NCBI GenBank assembly: GCA_038279365.1
Contig: JAYODI010000055.1
Span: 1 to 40,517 of the forward strand
From: Candidatus Latescibacterota bacterium
GTDB taxonomy: Bacteria > Latescibacterota > UBA2968
Length of the DNA: 40,517 nucleotides
Reading direction: 5' to 3'
Part shown: one piece after another, positions 1-10,333 of the stretch
Layout: every line of letters begins with the position of its first letter
Position numbering within the stretch: position 1 is the stretch's first letter
Made by a program: the position numbers and the translations under genes
The notes under the pieces: generated by a model
Told to the model about the DNA's origin: nothing
Seen by the model: only the letters and a program-made list of their open reading frames with translations
The model's database searches: none

Positions 1-200
1 GCAAGAAGTAAGAAAAAGGCAACATTTTTTACTTACTCTTTCTTCAAATGCTCAAATTACTCGCATTCTCTTGTAAAAAAAAGTAAGTCGCCGAAGGCAA
101 GAAGTAAGAAAAAGGCAACATTTTTTGCTTACTCTTTCTTCAAATGCTCAAATTACTCGCACTCTCTTGTAGAAAAAAAGTAAGTCGCCGAAGGCAAGAA
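1..200. repeat. Tandem repeat, 96-97 bp unit, two near-identical copies plus the start of a third (REP-like)
   Basis: GCAAGAAGTAAGAAAAAGGCAACA...AAGTAAGTCGCCGAAG occurs at 1-96 and 97-193 and restarts (GCAAGAA) at 194. May continue beyond the window edge. Confidence 0.9.
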
Positions 201-216
201 TACGTGATTTATTCCG

Positions 217-1161
217 TTATTTCAACCCCTGCGCCAACCGAGCCGCTCCCAAAATCCCCGCATCATCCCCCAACGTTGCCAACACAATCGAAACGTGCTC
301 CTTCACCCCCGTTGCCCCCCGTTCCAAATACGTCCGTCGTGCCGGCTCCAAAATGCGATCTCCCGCCAACGCCAACCCACCCGCCAATGCAATGCGGTTC
401 ACATTCAACACACTCACCAAATTCACCAACCCCATCCCCAAGAAAAAACCCGTCTCCTCAAACATCCCCTGTGCAAAAACATCCCCTGCTTCTGCCGCAT
501 CAAAAATCCCCCGCGTCGTCAAATCATCCCCTACCAAAACCGTATCTGGCTTTTCAGCGACCATCTTCTCGCGTGTCCTACGCACCATCGCCGTAGCCGA
601 CGCATACAGTTCCAAACACCCTCTGTTCCCACACAAACACACCGGCCCATCATAATCCAAACTCATATGTCCCACTTCAGCGGCATTGCCATTAAACCCG
701 TGCATCAACTTCCCATCACTCACCCACCCACCCCCAACACCCGTACCCAAAGTCACACACAAAAAATGATCCACCCCCTTGCCCGCCCCCAACCACTGTT
801 CCCCCAACGCCGCCAAATTGGCATCGTTATCCACCCTTACCGCACGCCCCAACAACCCTTCCAAATCATCTTTCAAATGTACCCCGTGCAAACACGGCAA
901 ATTCTCAGGCGAAATAATCACCCCCGAAAATGGATCAAGGGGGCCGGGTGAACCCACCCCAACCCCCTCAACATCTTCCAAAGACACACCACCGACTTGG
1001 GCCGCCTCACGCGCACAATCGGCAATCCCTTTTACCACTGCCTCAGCACCTTGATCCAAAACCGTGGGCCGGCGTGCACGCCCCACCACCTCACCCGTAT
1101 CAGTCACCAACCCAGCACGCGTATTCGTGCCACCCAAATCAACGCCAATCGTCAAACTCAC
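217..1161 (-). CDS. ROK family sugar kinase (glucokinase-like)
   Basis: Motifs GVDLGGT, NDAN, LGTGVGGG and EVGH...CLCGNRGCLE. GTG start at 1161 overlaps the eda stop (GTGA). Confidence 0.92.
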   Translation of the reverse strand: MSLTIGVDLGGTNTRAGLVTDTGEVVGRARRPTVLDQGAEAVVKGIADCAREAAQVGGVSLEDVEGVGVGSPGPLDPFSGVIISPENLPCLHGVHLKDDLEGLLGRAVRVDNDANLAALGEQWLGAGKGVDHFLCVTLGTGVGGGWVSDGKLMHGFNGNAAEVGHMSLDYDGPVCLCGNRGCLELYASATAMVRRTREKMVAEKPDTVLVGDDLTTRGIFDAAEAGDVFAQGMFEETGFFLGMGLVNLVSVLNVNRIALAGGLALAGDRILEPARRTYLERGATGVKEHVSIVLATLGDDAGILGAARLAQGLK

Positions 1162-1799
1162 TTGCCAGCCCTTGCTTGTGCAACAGCATCGACAAATGCT
1201 CTGGCGGTTGCGGTCAACTTGGCCCAATCTTTATCGGCAACGGCTTTTTTATCGACCAAAGCACTGCCTGCCCCCACAGCCACCGCGCCATTTTTAATAA
1301 ACTCAGGCGTGGTCTTGGCATCGACACCCCCAGTGGGCATCATCTTCACCTGCGGCAAAGGCCCCAACACATCTTTAAAATAAGAAGGCCCACCCACACC
1401 CGCAGGAAACACCTTCACCACATCGGCACCGGCTTGCCACGCATTCAAAATCTCTGTGGGCGTAAACCCTGCAGGCATCACAGCCTTGCCATATCGCTTG
1501 GTCATCTCAATCACCGACACATTCAAAATAGGGCTCACCACATACTCAGCACCCGCCAAAATAGCCGCACGCGCGGTTTCAGGATCCAACACAGACCCCA
1601 CACCCACAATCACATCGGGCATCTTTGCGGAAGCTTCTTCAATCACCTTCAACGCACCCGGTACCGTCATTGTCACCTCAATGGCCACCACACCCCCATC
1701 GCGCAACGCCTTCGACACATCCATCAACTGAGATGGATTATCGGCCCGTAAAACCGCCACCACACCACATTCGATAATACGATCCACTGTACTTGCCAT
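1158..1799 (-). CDS. eda: KDPG/KHG aldolase
   Basis: VAVLR, IEVT, GVGSVL, TPTE, VKVFPA and MPTGGV motifs; GGGAGG SD before ATG 1799. Confidence 0.93.
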   Translation of the reverse strand: MASTVDRIIECGVVAVLRADNPSQLMDVSKALRDGGVVAIEVTMTVPGALKVIEEASAKMPDVIVGVGSVLDPETARAAILAGAEYVVSPILNVSVIEMTKRYGKAVMPAGFTPTEILNAWQAGADVVKVFPAGVGGPSYFKDVLGPLPQVKMMPTGGVDAKTTPEFIKNGAVAVGAGSALVDKKAVADKDWAKLTATARAFVDAVAQARAGK

Positions 1800-1813
1800 A
1801 ACAACCTCCCATA

Positions 1814-1862
1814 AAAGAGCAAAGCGCAAAGCGTGCAACCCACGCCCTGCGCTGCTCACGCT
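1814..1862 (-). repeat. Heptamer-repeat hairpin between kdgK and eda
   Basis: AAAGAGC-AAAGCGC-AAAGCGT (1814-1834) is partly complementary to ACGCCCT-GCGCTGC-TCACGCT (1842-1862). Confidence 0.6.
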
Positions 1863-1867
1863 GTCTT

Positions 1868-2911
1868 TTATCGTTTAATACGCGCGCTTTCGCCACGCAT
1901 AGCGCTTTCGGCTTCAGAGCGTGTGGCCCAGTTGACATCACCCGGAAACGTGTGTGCAAGTGCCGAATATGCACCCGCAAAATCCACCACACCTTGTGGG
2001 TCTTTGCCTTCAATTAATCCCGTAATCACACCTGCCGAAAAATTATCACCACCACCCACACGGTCTACAAGCTCCAAGTTTTCATAAATGCGCGACAAAT
2101 AAAAATCACTGCCATCATACAACAACGTGCGCCAGTCATTCAACAAACCCGTTTTCGCAACACGCAACGTTGTCCCCACATGTGTCACATTGGGATACGC
2201 TTCAACAGCACGTGTGGCCACACTCTTATAGCTTTCGGGATCGAGCGCATCATAATCATGCGACGTACCTTCGGCCTTTAAACCCAACACCTTTTCAAAA
2301 TCTTCTTCATTTCCAATCAAAACCTTCACAAAAGGCATAAACTGCTTTGTGGTGGCTTGTGCCTTTTCAGAACTCCACAACTTAGACCGAAAATTCAAGT
2401 CAAAGCTCGTGGTCACCCCCGCTTCATTGGCCGCCTTTAATGCTTCCAAAGTTGTTGCCGCAGAACCATCGGACAAAGCCGGTGTAATGCCACTGACATG
2501 AAACCACTTGCTGCCTTTAAAAATCGACTTCCAATCAATAACACCTGGCTGAATATTCATTATGGCCGTGTGACCACGGTCATAGGTCACCGCACTGGCA
2601 CGTGGGCCCACACCCACTTCCATATGATAAAAACCATTGCGTTCCAAACCCACACCATCAAACTTGGCCCACTGAATATGTGACATATCCACACCGTGCT
2701 CACGGCCCTTGTTGCGAATAATCCAACCCGTCCAGTTATCGACCAAACGCGACACCCAAGCACATTTTAAACCCAAGTGCGCGCATCCCACAGCCACATT
2801 ATACTCCCCACCACCAATTTCCATATCGAGCTTTGTGGCCTGTTCCAATCGACGATACTCTGGCGCTGACAAACGAATCATTGCTTCACCAAAAGTCACC
2901 ACGTCGTACAT
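1868..2911 (-). CDS. kdgK: 2-dehydro-3-deoxygluconokinase (PfkB family)
   Basis: TFGEAMIRL, GGGEYNVA, SGITPALS, FDLNFRSKLW and DRVGGGDNF motifs; adjacent to eda. Confidence 0.88.
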   Translation of the reverse strand: MYDVVTFGEAMIRLSAPEYRRLEQATKLDMEIGGGEYNVAVGCAHLGLKCAWVSRLVDNWTGWIIRNKGREHGVDMSHIQWAKFDGVGLERNGFYHMEVGVGPRASAVTYDRGHTAIMNIQPGVIDWKSIFKGSKWFHVSGITPALSDGSAATTLEALKAANEAGVTTSFDLNFRSKLWSSEKAQATTKQFMPFVKVLIGNEEDFEKVLGLKAEGTSHDYDALDPESYKSVATRAVEAYPNVTHVGTTLRVAKTGLLNDWRTLLYDGSDFYLSRIYENLELVDRVGGGDNFSAGVITGLIEGKDPQGVVDFAGAYSALAHTFPGDVNWATRSEAESAMRGESARIKR

Positions 2912-2991
2912 ACAACCCTCCTCGTGAAAAACACATCTTATTTAACTTGAAACGAAGCGTAAGGAACTAATATACAATTTCTGTACATAAA

Positions 2992-3021
2992 ATAAACCCT
3001 CTTCTTCCGAAGAGGGTTTAT
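2992..3021 (-). terminator. Probable intrinsic terminator after the YugP-like gene
   Basis: ATAAACCCTCTTC-TTCC-GAAGAGGGTTTAT inverted repeat a few nt past the stop. Confidence 0.7.
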
Positions 3022-3026
3022 GAAAA

Positions 3027-3716
3027 TTATTCTTCCGAACGCCCACCCAATAACCCCGACATCCACAAAAGACGTAACAATTCTAAAACGGCCACTGCAG
3101 CCGAAGCCACATACGTCATCGCCGCTGCATTGAGCACTTTGCGAGAGGCAGGAATTTCATCTTGTGTCAAATACCCCCCATCGGCCAAAAGACGAATGGC
3201 GCGCGTACTGGCATTAAACTCAACGGGCAATGTCACAAGGCTAAACAGCACCGCAAAAGAGAAGAAAATGATGCCCAGCATAAACAACCCCGTCATCTGC
3301 ATAAAAATGCCCGCCATAATCAAAATCCACGACAGTGTGGAACCCAAATTGGCCACGGGCACCAGCGTGGTTCGCAAAGACAATGGCACATACCCTTCGG
3401 CATGTTGAAATGCGTGCCCCGCTTCGTGCGCCGCCACACCAATGGCCGCCAAAGACGAGTTGCCATATGTGCTATCCGACAACCGAAGCATTTTATCGCG
3501 CGGATCATAGTGATCACTTAACTCACCCCGCACATGCTCCACACCCACATCCAAGCCACCCCGTCGCAAAATGTCACGGGCAACTTGATCGGCCGTAGCA
3601 CCTGAGCGAGACGTGAATTCATCGTATTTTTTAAACGTACTTTTCACCTTAAACTGTGCCCAAAGTGTAATGGCCATGCCCACAAACATAACCAACAAAC
3701 CGCTCATATCAAACAC
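3027..3716 (-). CDS. Membrane zinc metallopeptidase, YugP family
   Basis: LSDHYDP, AAHEAGHAFQH, TLPVEFNAS and AAAMTYVA motifs; AGGAGG 8 nt before GTG 3716. Confidence 0.9.
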   Translation of the reverse strand: MFDMSGLLVMFVGMAITLWAQFKVKSTFKKYDEFTSRSGATADQVARDILRRGGLDVGVEHVRGELSDHYDPRDKMLRLSDSTYGNSSLAAIGVAAHEAGHAFQHAEGYVPLSLRTTLVPVANLGSTLSWILIMAGIFMQMTGLFMLGIIFFSFAVLFSLVTLPVEFNASTRAIRLLADGGYLTQDEIPASRKVLNAAAMTYVASAAVAVLELLRLLWMSGLLGGRSEE

Positions 3717-3884
3717 AGCAACCACCTCCTGTTAAACTTATATATTCCGCATAACTGCAGATGCGTCGTGATTTGGATATTCTGAACTTCCGTAGAAACG
3801 AATCAGAATCTTCTTACTGCTTTAAAGTATACCCAATAACAACCAAATCGTCAGGGAGTACGACGCAAAATTCTTTCAAAAGTT

Positions 3885-4826
3885 TCATAAATCAACACAG
3901 CCCAAAACCTCACCCTCCTGCACCGGATAACCCCGCACAAAATCCGAACCCGACATACGCTTTTTTCCTGCCGGTTGCACCTCATCCAACAAGAGCAATC
4001 CTTGCCCAGTAGCCACGCAAAGCCCCCTTTTGCCATCTACACCCACCACCACACCCGGTTTTCCCACACCGTCTACCACAAAGGCCCGATGCACCTTCAA
4101 CATCTGTCCTTGCCACAGTGTAAACGCCCCCGGAAACGGGTTCACACCCCGAATCAAATTGCGAATATCTTCCGCACCATTTGTCCACACAATTTGACCG
4201 TCGTCTTTTTCCAACTTGGGCGCACGTGTCACCCCTTCATCCGACTGTGGAATGGGCATCACTGTGCCGTTTTTAACCCCCTGGATGGCCCGCACCAACA
4301 ACTCAGCACCCATACCCTTCAACCGCTCATAGAGTTCACCTGCTGTTTCATCTGCACCAATGGTCACGCGTTCTTGAATAAGCACATCGCCTGCATCCAC
4401 CCGAGGTGACAACCGAAAAATGGTCACGCCCGTTTCCGTCTCCCCCTTAATAATCGCCCACTGAATAGGTGCAGCGCCTCGATATTTGGGCAACAATGAA
4501 GGGTGTACATTCACCGACCCCAATGGCGGAATGGCCAACACATTGCGCGGCAAAATCAAAAACGCCACCACCGCAAAAAGATCTGCCTCCAACGCCTTCA
4601 AATCGGCCAAAAAGCCCGTGTCTTTGAGCGATTCGGGTTGTAAAATGGGCACATCCAAACCCAAATCTTGCGCAGCGGCCTTCACCTCTGTCGGTTGCAA
4701 TTTTTGCCCACGTCCACGCGGTTTGTCGGGGCGTGTCACAACCCCCACCACGTCCAAACCACTTTCAACCACTTTTTGCAACGACGGCACCGCAAAATCG
4801 GGCGTGCCCATAAATACAACCTTCAT
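3885..4826 (-). CDS. fmt: Methionyl-tRNA formyltransferase
   Basis: MKVVFMGTPDFA, NVHPSLLPKYRGAAPIQ and DAGD motifs. Confidence 0.97.
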   Translation of the reverse strand: MKVVFMGTPDFAVPSLQKVVESGLDVVGVVTRPDKPRGRGQKLQPTEVKAAAQDLGLDVPILQPESLKDTGFLADLKALEADLFAVVAFLILPRNVLAIPPLGSVNVHPSLLPKYRGAAPIQWAIIKGETETGVTIFRLSPRVDAGDVLIQERVTIGADETAGELYERLKGMGAELLVRAIQGVKNGTVMPIPQSDEGVTRAPKLEKDDGQIVWTNGAEDIRNLIRGVNPFPGAFTLWQGQMLKVHRAFVVDGVGKPGVVVGVDGKRGLCVATGQGLLLLDEVQPAGKKRMSGSDFVRGYPVQEGEVLGCVDL

Positions 4827-4843
4827 TACAACTCCTTAAAAAC

Positions 4844-4912
4844 GGTCACAGGTCTACTGGTCGCAGGTCAAAATCTAAAAAACTTGCGACTTTCAGACTT
4901 GTGACTTGCGAC
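4844..4912 (-). repeat. Heptamer-repeat hairpin between yajC and fmt
   Basis: GGTCACA/GGTCGCA-type units face ACTTGCG/ACTTGTG-type units across an A-rich spacer. Confidence 0.7.
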
Positions 4913-4922
4913 AATTGTTTCC

Positions 4923-5303
4923 TTACTTCTTCTCTTCTTTGGCCTGTGCCACCTTTGTAATCGAACCCCGCGAAACCTCAATCTGCACATCTTTGGCCAC
5001 CTGAATAATCAAAATACCTTCTTTTTCTTTGACACCCGTAATCGTACCGTGCACCCCACCCGACGTCACCACTTTGTCACCCTTTTTCAAAGCATCAATC
5101 ATTGCTTGTTGCTCTTTTTGCTTTTTGTGTTGGGGCCGAATAATCAAAAAATACATCACCACAAACATCAACACAAAAGGCAACATCGTCACCAACATAT
5201 TGGGTTGTTCGGCTCCTGTTGGTGCAGGTGCACCACCCATTGCCGCAACCTCACGCACCTGACTGGCAAAACTCAAAACAAAAAAAAGAACACCCGCACC
5301 CAT
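4923..5303 (-). CDS. yajC: Preprotein translocase subunit YajC
   Basis: YFLIIRPQ.KKQK and LKKGDKVVTSGGVHGTI motifs; downstream of tgt as usual. Start uncertain (5303 or 5342). Confidence 0.93.
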   Translation of the reverse strand: MGAGVLFFVLSFASQVREVAAMGGAPAPTGAEQPNMLVTMLPFVLMFVVMYFLIIRPQHKKQKEQQAMIDALKKGDKVVTSGGVHGTITGVKEKEGILIIQVAKDVQIEVSRGSITKVAQAKEEKK

Positions 5304-5322
5304 CTTTTTAAATTCTAAATTC

Positions 5323-6522
<1,200 letters not shown>

Positions 6523-6536
6523 TTAAAATGGCAAAA

Positions 6537-6565
6537 AAGATACCACTTACTGACAAATCAGTCAA
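6537..6565 (-). promoter_or_regulatory. Sigma70-type promoter for tgt-yajC-fmt
   Basis: TTGACT-17 bp-TATCTT on the minus strand. Confidence 0.6.
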
Positions 6566-6585
6566 GAAATCCTCACCCCACAACC

Positions 6586-7791
6586 CTATCGAACGGCCTC
6601 TTCGGCCAAAATAAACTCAAACCCCTCTTTTTGCAATTCGGGCAAAACATCTTGTAATGCCTTAAGCGTTCCTTCTTTGGCATGGCCAATACCCACAACA
6701 GTGCCTTCAACCCGAGCAAGATCAGCCAAAGCATACAAACGTTTCACAACCGCATCCGTATCTTCAACCGTATCCAAAAACATCGTATTGCGCGCGCTGC
6801 GAATGCCTGCTCGCTGTGCCACCTGATAAGCCACCGACTGTCGTGACGTAACACTATCAATAAAAAAGAACCCCATTTTTTGCACCACTGCCATCACGGC
6901 CTTCATCGTCGCTTCATCTTCAGTGGCACGAGAACCCATATGATTGTTCACACCACGTGCACCAGGCACTGCTTTTAATGCATCTTGAGCCAGTTTCTGA
7001 ATGCGTTCAGGAGCATAGTCTGTGAAAATGGCATTGGGCCCAGGATCCCTGGATGGATAATCGATCGGCTCCATGGGCAAATGCACCATTACCCCATGTC
7101 CACATTTTCGCGCTTGTTCAGACGTCCAAGTCGTTTGTTCTTCTTGCGGAAATATAGAAAATGTAATGGGTTGCAAAATCGCACAAAAACTGGCAATCAA
7201 CCCTCTGTCTTGATAGCCAAAATCATCTATCACTATCGCCACACGCCCCGTGCGTCGGCGCAAATTATTCCTCTTTTTGAGCGTAATCAAATTGGTGCCT
7301 TCTTCGCCCAACCCCACACGCAAAGACACCATCTCACCCCGTTGATCTTCACGCCCTTCAAGCACCCGCCCACCCAAACGCTGTGCCAAACGTGTCAACG
7401 CCAAATTACACATTTCCAAAGGCAAATCACCAGGCACATCCGACCGAATTTCCCAGCGCATATAACTGCCCCGGTTTTCGGGCAACTCCGAGATCTCAAT
7501 CACCTCACTCGGAATACCTAAGCCAATAAGCGTATGCCTGGCCTGCAAAACCAATGTGTCGGCATAAGCAACAAAATCTTGGGGACCAGCCGTCCAAGCA
7601 GGCTCTTCAACCACCTCGGGCGTCATCACATATGTTGGCACTGGCCGCCAAACCCACGCCGCCAAACCACCCGCCAACACCACCATCACACAAGCCACCA
7701 CCCAAATGGGCAATGCAAACTCACGCCGCTTGCGCGCCATACTTTTGGTCTTAGATTTCCGTGTTGTCTTTTTTGATTTTTGCTTGGCCAT
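6586..7791 (-). CDS. Divergent polysaccharide deacetylase family protein (YibQ-like) with N-terminal anchor
   Basis: AIVIDDFG, HLPMEP, GVNNHMGSRAT, FIDS.T and GIGH motifs; basic N-terminus followed by a TM helix. Confidence 0.88.
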   Translation of the reverse strand: MAKQKSKKTTRKSKTKSMARKRREFALPIWVVACVMVVLAGGLAAWVWRPVPTYVMTPEVVEEPAWTAGPQDFVAYADTLVLQARHTLIGLGIPSEVIEISELPENRGSYMRWEIRSDVPGDLPLEMCNLALTRLAQRLGGRVLEGREDQRGEMVSLRVGLGEEGTNLITLKKRNNLRRRTGRVAIVIDDFGYQDRGLIASFCAILQPITFSIFPQEEQTTWTSEQARKCGHGVMVHLPMEPIDYPSRDPGPNAIFTDYAPERIQKLAQDALKAVPGARGVNNHMGSRATEDEATMKAVMAVVQKMGFFFIDSVTSRQSVAYQVAQRAGIRSARNTMFLDTVEDTDAVVKRLYALADLARVEGTVVGIGHAKEGTLKALQDVLPELQKEGFEFILAEEAVR

Positions 7792-7841
7792 TTACATCAT
7801 CGGATAAAAATGAAGGAAGGAAATACCACCCACAAGATAAG

Positions 7842-7873
7842 AAAAAAGCAGGCGAAGAACAAACCGCCCGCTT
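7842..7873 (-). terminator. Possible intrinsic terminator
   Basis: Minus strand AAGCGGGCGG-loop-TTCGCCTGCTT followed by a T run. Confidence 0.5.
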
Positions 7874-7933
7874 ATCAAAATAACGCGATATAAAAACATC
7901 AAAAACCAACCCACTCGTGCTTCACCTTTTCAT

Positions 7934-7985
7934 ACTGACCGCTGATTGCTGATTGCTGATTGCTGATTGCTGATTGCTGATTGCT
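7934..7985. repeat. Heptamer tandem repeat (GCTGATT)x6
   Basis: Six perfect copies at 7941-7982, just past the M50 gene stop. Confidence 0.95.
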
Positions 7986-7989
7986 CAAC

Positions 7990-9006
7990 CTAATAAAACC
8001 GAATGGGGTTGGGAATAAAACACAACGCAAAAATCACCAAACACAAATACCCAATCCACCGCCGCGGTGGATCTAATTCAACAAATGGGTTTTCAGGAGA
8101 GGGGTGATTGCGGCCCATAATCAATGCCAAAAACATCCACACCAACCACCCAGGCCACCGCGAATCGAGCCACGCCGAAAACATATCAGAAGATTGCCAC
8201 CACGCATAAGGAGGGGTAAATGCCCACAAAAGCCCCAAAGCAACCAACGTTGCTCGAGAAATTTGGGTGTGCCAACGACCAAAAATAGCATACACAATAT
8301 GCCCCCCATCAAATTGCCCCATTGGCAACAAATTCAACACCGTCACAAACAACCCCAACCACCCTGCAAAAGCCACCGGATGCAACATCACATCATACCC
8401 CTCAGGCAAATCACCCACCACCCACTCACCAATCCATGCCGAAAGCAGTGAGTCTCCCAAAGACATTGCACCTTCGGGCACCTCACGCGCCACAACCACT
8501 TCCGACAAATGCAGCCCCACAGCCAAAGCAATCACCGCCACCACAAACCCCGCCAGTGGCCCAGCCGCACCAATATCAATAAGGGCACGCCGGTTGGGAA
8601 TGCGTGCCCGCAACTTAATCACCGCCCCCAATGTACCAATCATAGAAGGAAAAGGTATAAAATAGGGCAAAGACGCCTGCACCTTCCAAATGCGCGCCGC
8701 AACATAATGCCCCATCTCATGAATGCCCAATATGGCCAACAGCGTTATTGAAAAAGGCAAACCATAAACCAGATAACGAGGTGTAAAAAAGATCGTCCAA
8801 TCTTCTGGAATCACCTGTAAGGCCAACTCACCAGACATGAACATACCAGCAAGCGTGGTGGTATAAACCGTTAAAACGAACAAAAGGCCATGCAACCACA
8901 ATTTTTCGTTAGCTACCTGTGGTTCTTCATACGCATATCCAATACCGTTATTAGAAACAACCGTAACAGGCACTTCCAGTGCATCTTTATGTGTATCTTC
9001 AGACAA
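7990..9006 (-). CDS. Site-2 protease family (M50) membrane metalloprotease
   Basis: HEMGH, AGPLAG and NLLPMGQFDGGH motifs; multiple TM segments. Confidence 0.92.
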   Translation of the reverse strand: MSEDTHKDALEVPVTVVSNNGIGYAYEEPQVANEKLWLHGLLFVLTVYTTTLAGMFMSGELALQVIPEDWTIFFTPRYLVYGLPFSITLLAILGIHEMGHYVAARIWKVQASLPYFIPFPSMIGTLGAVIKLRARIPNRRALIDIGAAGPLAGFVVAVIALAVGLHLSEVVVAREVPEGAMSLGDSLLSAWIGEWVVGDLPEGYDVMLHPVAFAGWLGLFVTVLNLLPMGQFDGGHIVYAIFGRWHTQISRATLVALGLLWAFTPPYAWWQSSDMFSAWLDSRWPGWLVWMFLALIMGRNHPSPENPFVELDPPRRWIGYLCLVIFALCFIPNPIRFY

Positions 9007-9123
9007 ATGTAAAACCCTTAAAACCAGTGAAATGCCAAAAGTGAAACGCCAAATGGAAAATCTTTAGAACCCTGACAACAAAATACCAAGCCTACTACGT
9101 AATCAAACACGCGATGGATTTTT

Positions 9124-9158
9124 TTGCCGTTTGCCGTTTGCCGTTTGCCGTCTGCCGT
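9124..9158. repeat. Heptamer tandem repeat (TTGCCGT)x4 plus CTGCCGT
   Basis: Read directly; abuts the stop at 9160. Confidence 0.92.
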
Positions 9159-9159
9159 C

Positions 9160-10047
9160 TTATCGAATCCCCAAAGCCACCCGATGCCCACTGCCCAACC
9201 CCGCAGAGATGGGCAAAAACGCATAATCTACCCGCCAATTTTTGCGCATCACACCCAATCCCAACGACCACGAACGCGTATCGTGCCCCGTCACAAACCC
9301 ACCGCGCAAAAACAGCCGCTGCTTCACCACATACTCCACACCCACATTGGCACCCAAATCGCCTCTATCAGGCATACGAAAGTCGGCACTCACCGTCAGC
9401 ACATCACGCACATAGGAAGCACCCAAACGAATTGTTCGTGGCAAAGGCGTGCGTTCCTGATCCAATTGCTCCATCCGCCCCAAATTGCGATACGTTGCCC
9501 CCACCATCAATCCAGGAATGCCCGGTTGATACATCAGCCCCAAATCCACGCCCACACCCCACGCACTTTCCGATGCAATATTTTCGTGCAAAGCCTTCAC
9601 CCCCACCCCCAAATAGGTGCGTTGTCCAAATCGCTGGGCATAAGACACACCCGCATTGAGATCATACACGCCAAATGTACCCAATGGCTCAAGCGTTGGA
9701 GCCGTACGTGCTTCAAAACCGCCTATCGAATATACCCCCAAACTCAAGGCCAACCCACGTTTTTGGTTGCCATAAGCCCATCCACCATAAGCCTGATTGA
9801 TGCCCTGAATCGATTTTTGATGCATCAAAACAAAATCTTTGCCCTGCAAAGCCGCCACACCTGCGGGGTTCCAATACGCCGCCGTCTGATCACCCACCAC
9901 TGCCGTGTAGGCCTCCCCCATAGCCGCTGCCCGTGCCCCAATGCCCTCACGCAACAACACAAATCCTGTTTGACGAGAAGCCACATCGGCCTCAACCCTG
10001 CCAGCACAACACCATACAATCACCACAAAAAACAAATACCGTTTCAA
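9160..10047 (-). CDS. PorV/PorQ-like (UPF0164-type) outer-membrane beta-barrel
   Basis: Signal peptide, GARAAAMGEA...A.YWNPAG motif, alternating beta-strands and C-terminal DYA...LG..H. GAGGAGG before TTG 10047. Confidence 0.8.
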   Translation of the reverse strand: MKRYLFFVVIVWCCAGRVEADVASRQTGFVLLREGIGARAAAMGEAYTAVVGDQTAAYWNPAGVAALQGKDFVLMHQKSIQGINQAYGGWAYGNQKRGLALSLGVYSIGGFEARTAPTLEPLGTFGVYDLNAGVSYAQRFGQRTYLGVGVKALHENIASESAWGVGVDLGLMYQPGIPGLMVGATYRNLGRMEQLDQERTPLPRTIRLGASYVRDVLTVSADFRMPDRGDLGANVGVEYVVKQRLFLRGGFVTGHDTRSWSLGLGVMRKNWRVDYAFLPISAGLGSGHRVALGIR

Positions 10048-10095
10048 ATAAACCTCCTCACCCCATAAACATGCAACAATACAGTTGGTTCTCAA

Positions 10096-10124
10096 AGAGT
10101 AAGCAATACCCTATGTCGTGTCAA
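10096..10124 (-). promoter_or_regulatory. Sigma70-type promoter for the PorV-like gene
   Basis: TTGACA-17 bp-TACTCT on the minus strand. Confidence 0.6.
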
Positions 10125-10142
10125 TGCCAATTAGATTTCACA

Positions 10143-10171
10143 TTGACAAGACACAAACCATATTTTACATT
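10143..10171 (+). promoter_or_regulatory. Sigma70-type promoter for the tdh leader
   Basis: TTGACA-17 bp-TACATT. Confidence 0.7.
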
Positions 10172-10190
10172 CCTAAATATACAATGACAC

Positions 10191-10243
10191 ACGTGGTGAG
10201 TTGAGACCTATTGCAGCCACGTAAAACAACTGCTAAAAAGTCG
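10191..10243 (+). ncRNA. SAM-II (SAM_alpha-type) riboswitch aptamer
   Basis: ACGTGGTGAGTTGAGACCTATTGCAGCCACGTAAAACAACTGCTAAAAAGTC matches the recalled SAM-II pattern GTGGTGA.TTG...TTGCAGCCACGT.AAACAA..GCTAAA. Pairings: ACGTGG/CCACGT, AGTTG/CAACT, GAC/GTC. Confidence 0.82.
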
Positions 10244-10247
10244 CGAC

Positions 10248-10273
10248 CCCGGGCTTTTTGCTCGGGTTTTTTT
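10248..10273 (+). terminator. Intrinsic terminator in the tdh leader (probable expression platform)
   Basis: CCCGGGC-TTTTT-GCTCGGG followed by T7, 60 nt upstream of the tdh ATG. Confidence 0.8.
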
Positions 10274-10333
10274 GTTGGTCATCACAACAACCAACCAAAT
10301 AGCGGCCAATAGCTTATCCGCAAAGGAGAGCCC

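Noticed and set aside
1-200. CRISPR array
   Set aside because: The whole 96-bp unit repeats with no unique spacers, and no cas genes are present.
144-1751. Long + strand ORFs (150, 218 and 273 aa) and similar ones such as 9124-10068, 16997-17773 and 21125-21907
   Set aside because: Antisense shadows of well-supported minus-strand genes, with biased composition and no motifs.
3748-3880. Integron attC site (GCATAAC plus inverted repeat)
   Set aside because: No partner GTTRRRY at the far end, no integrase, and the flanks are housekeeping genes.
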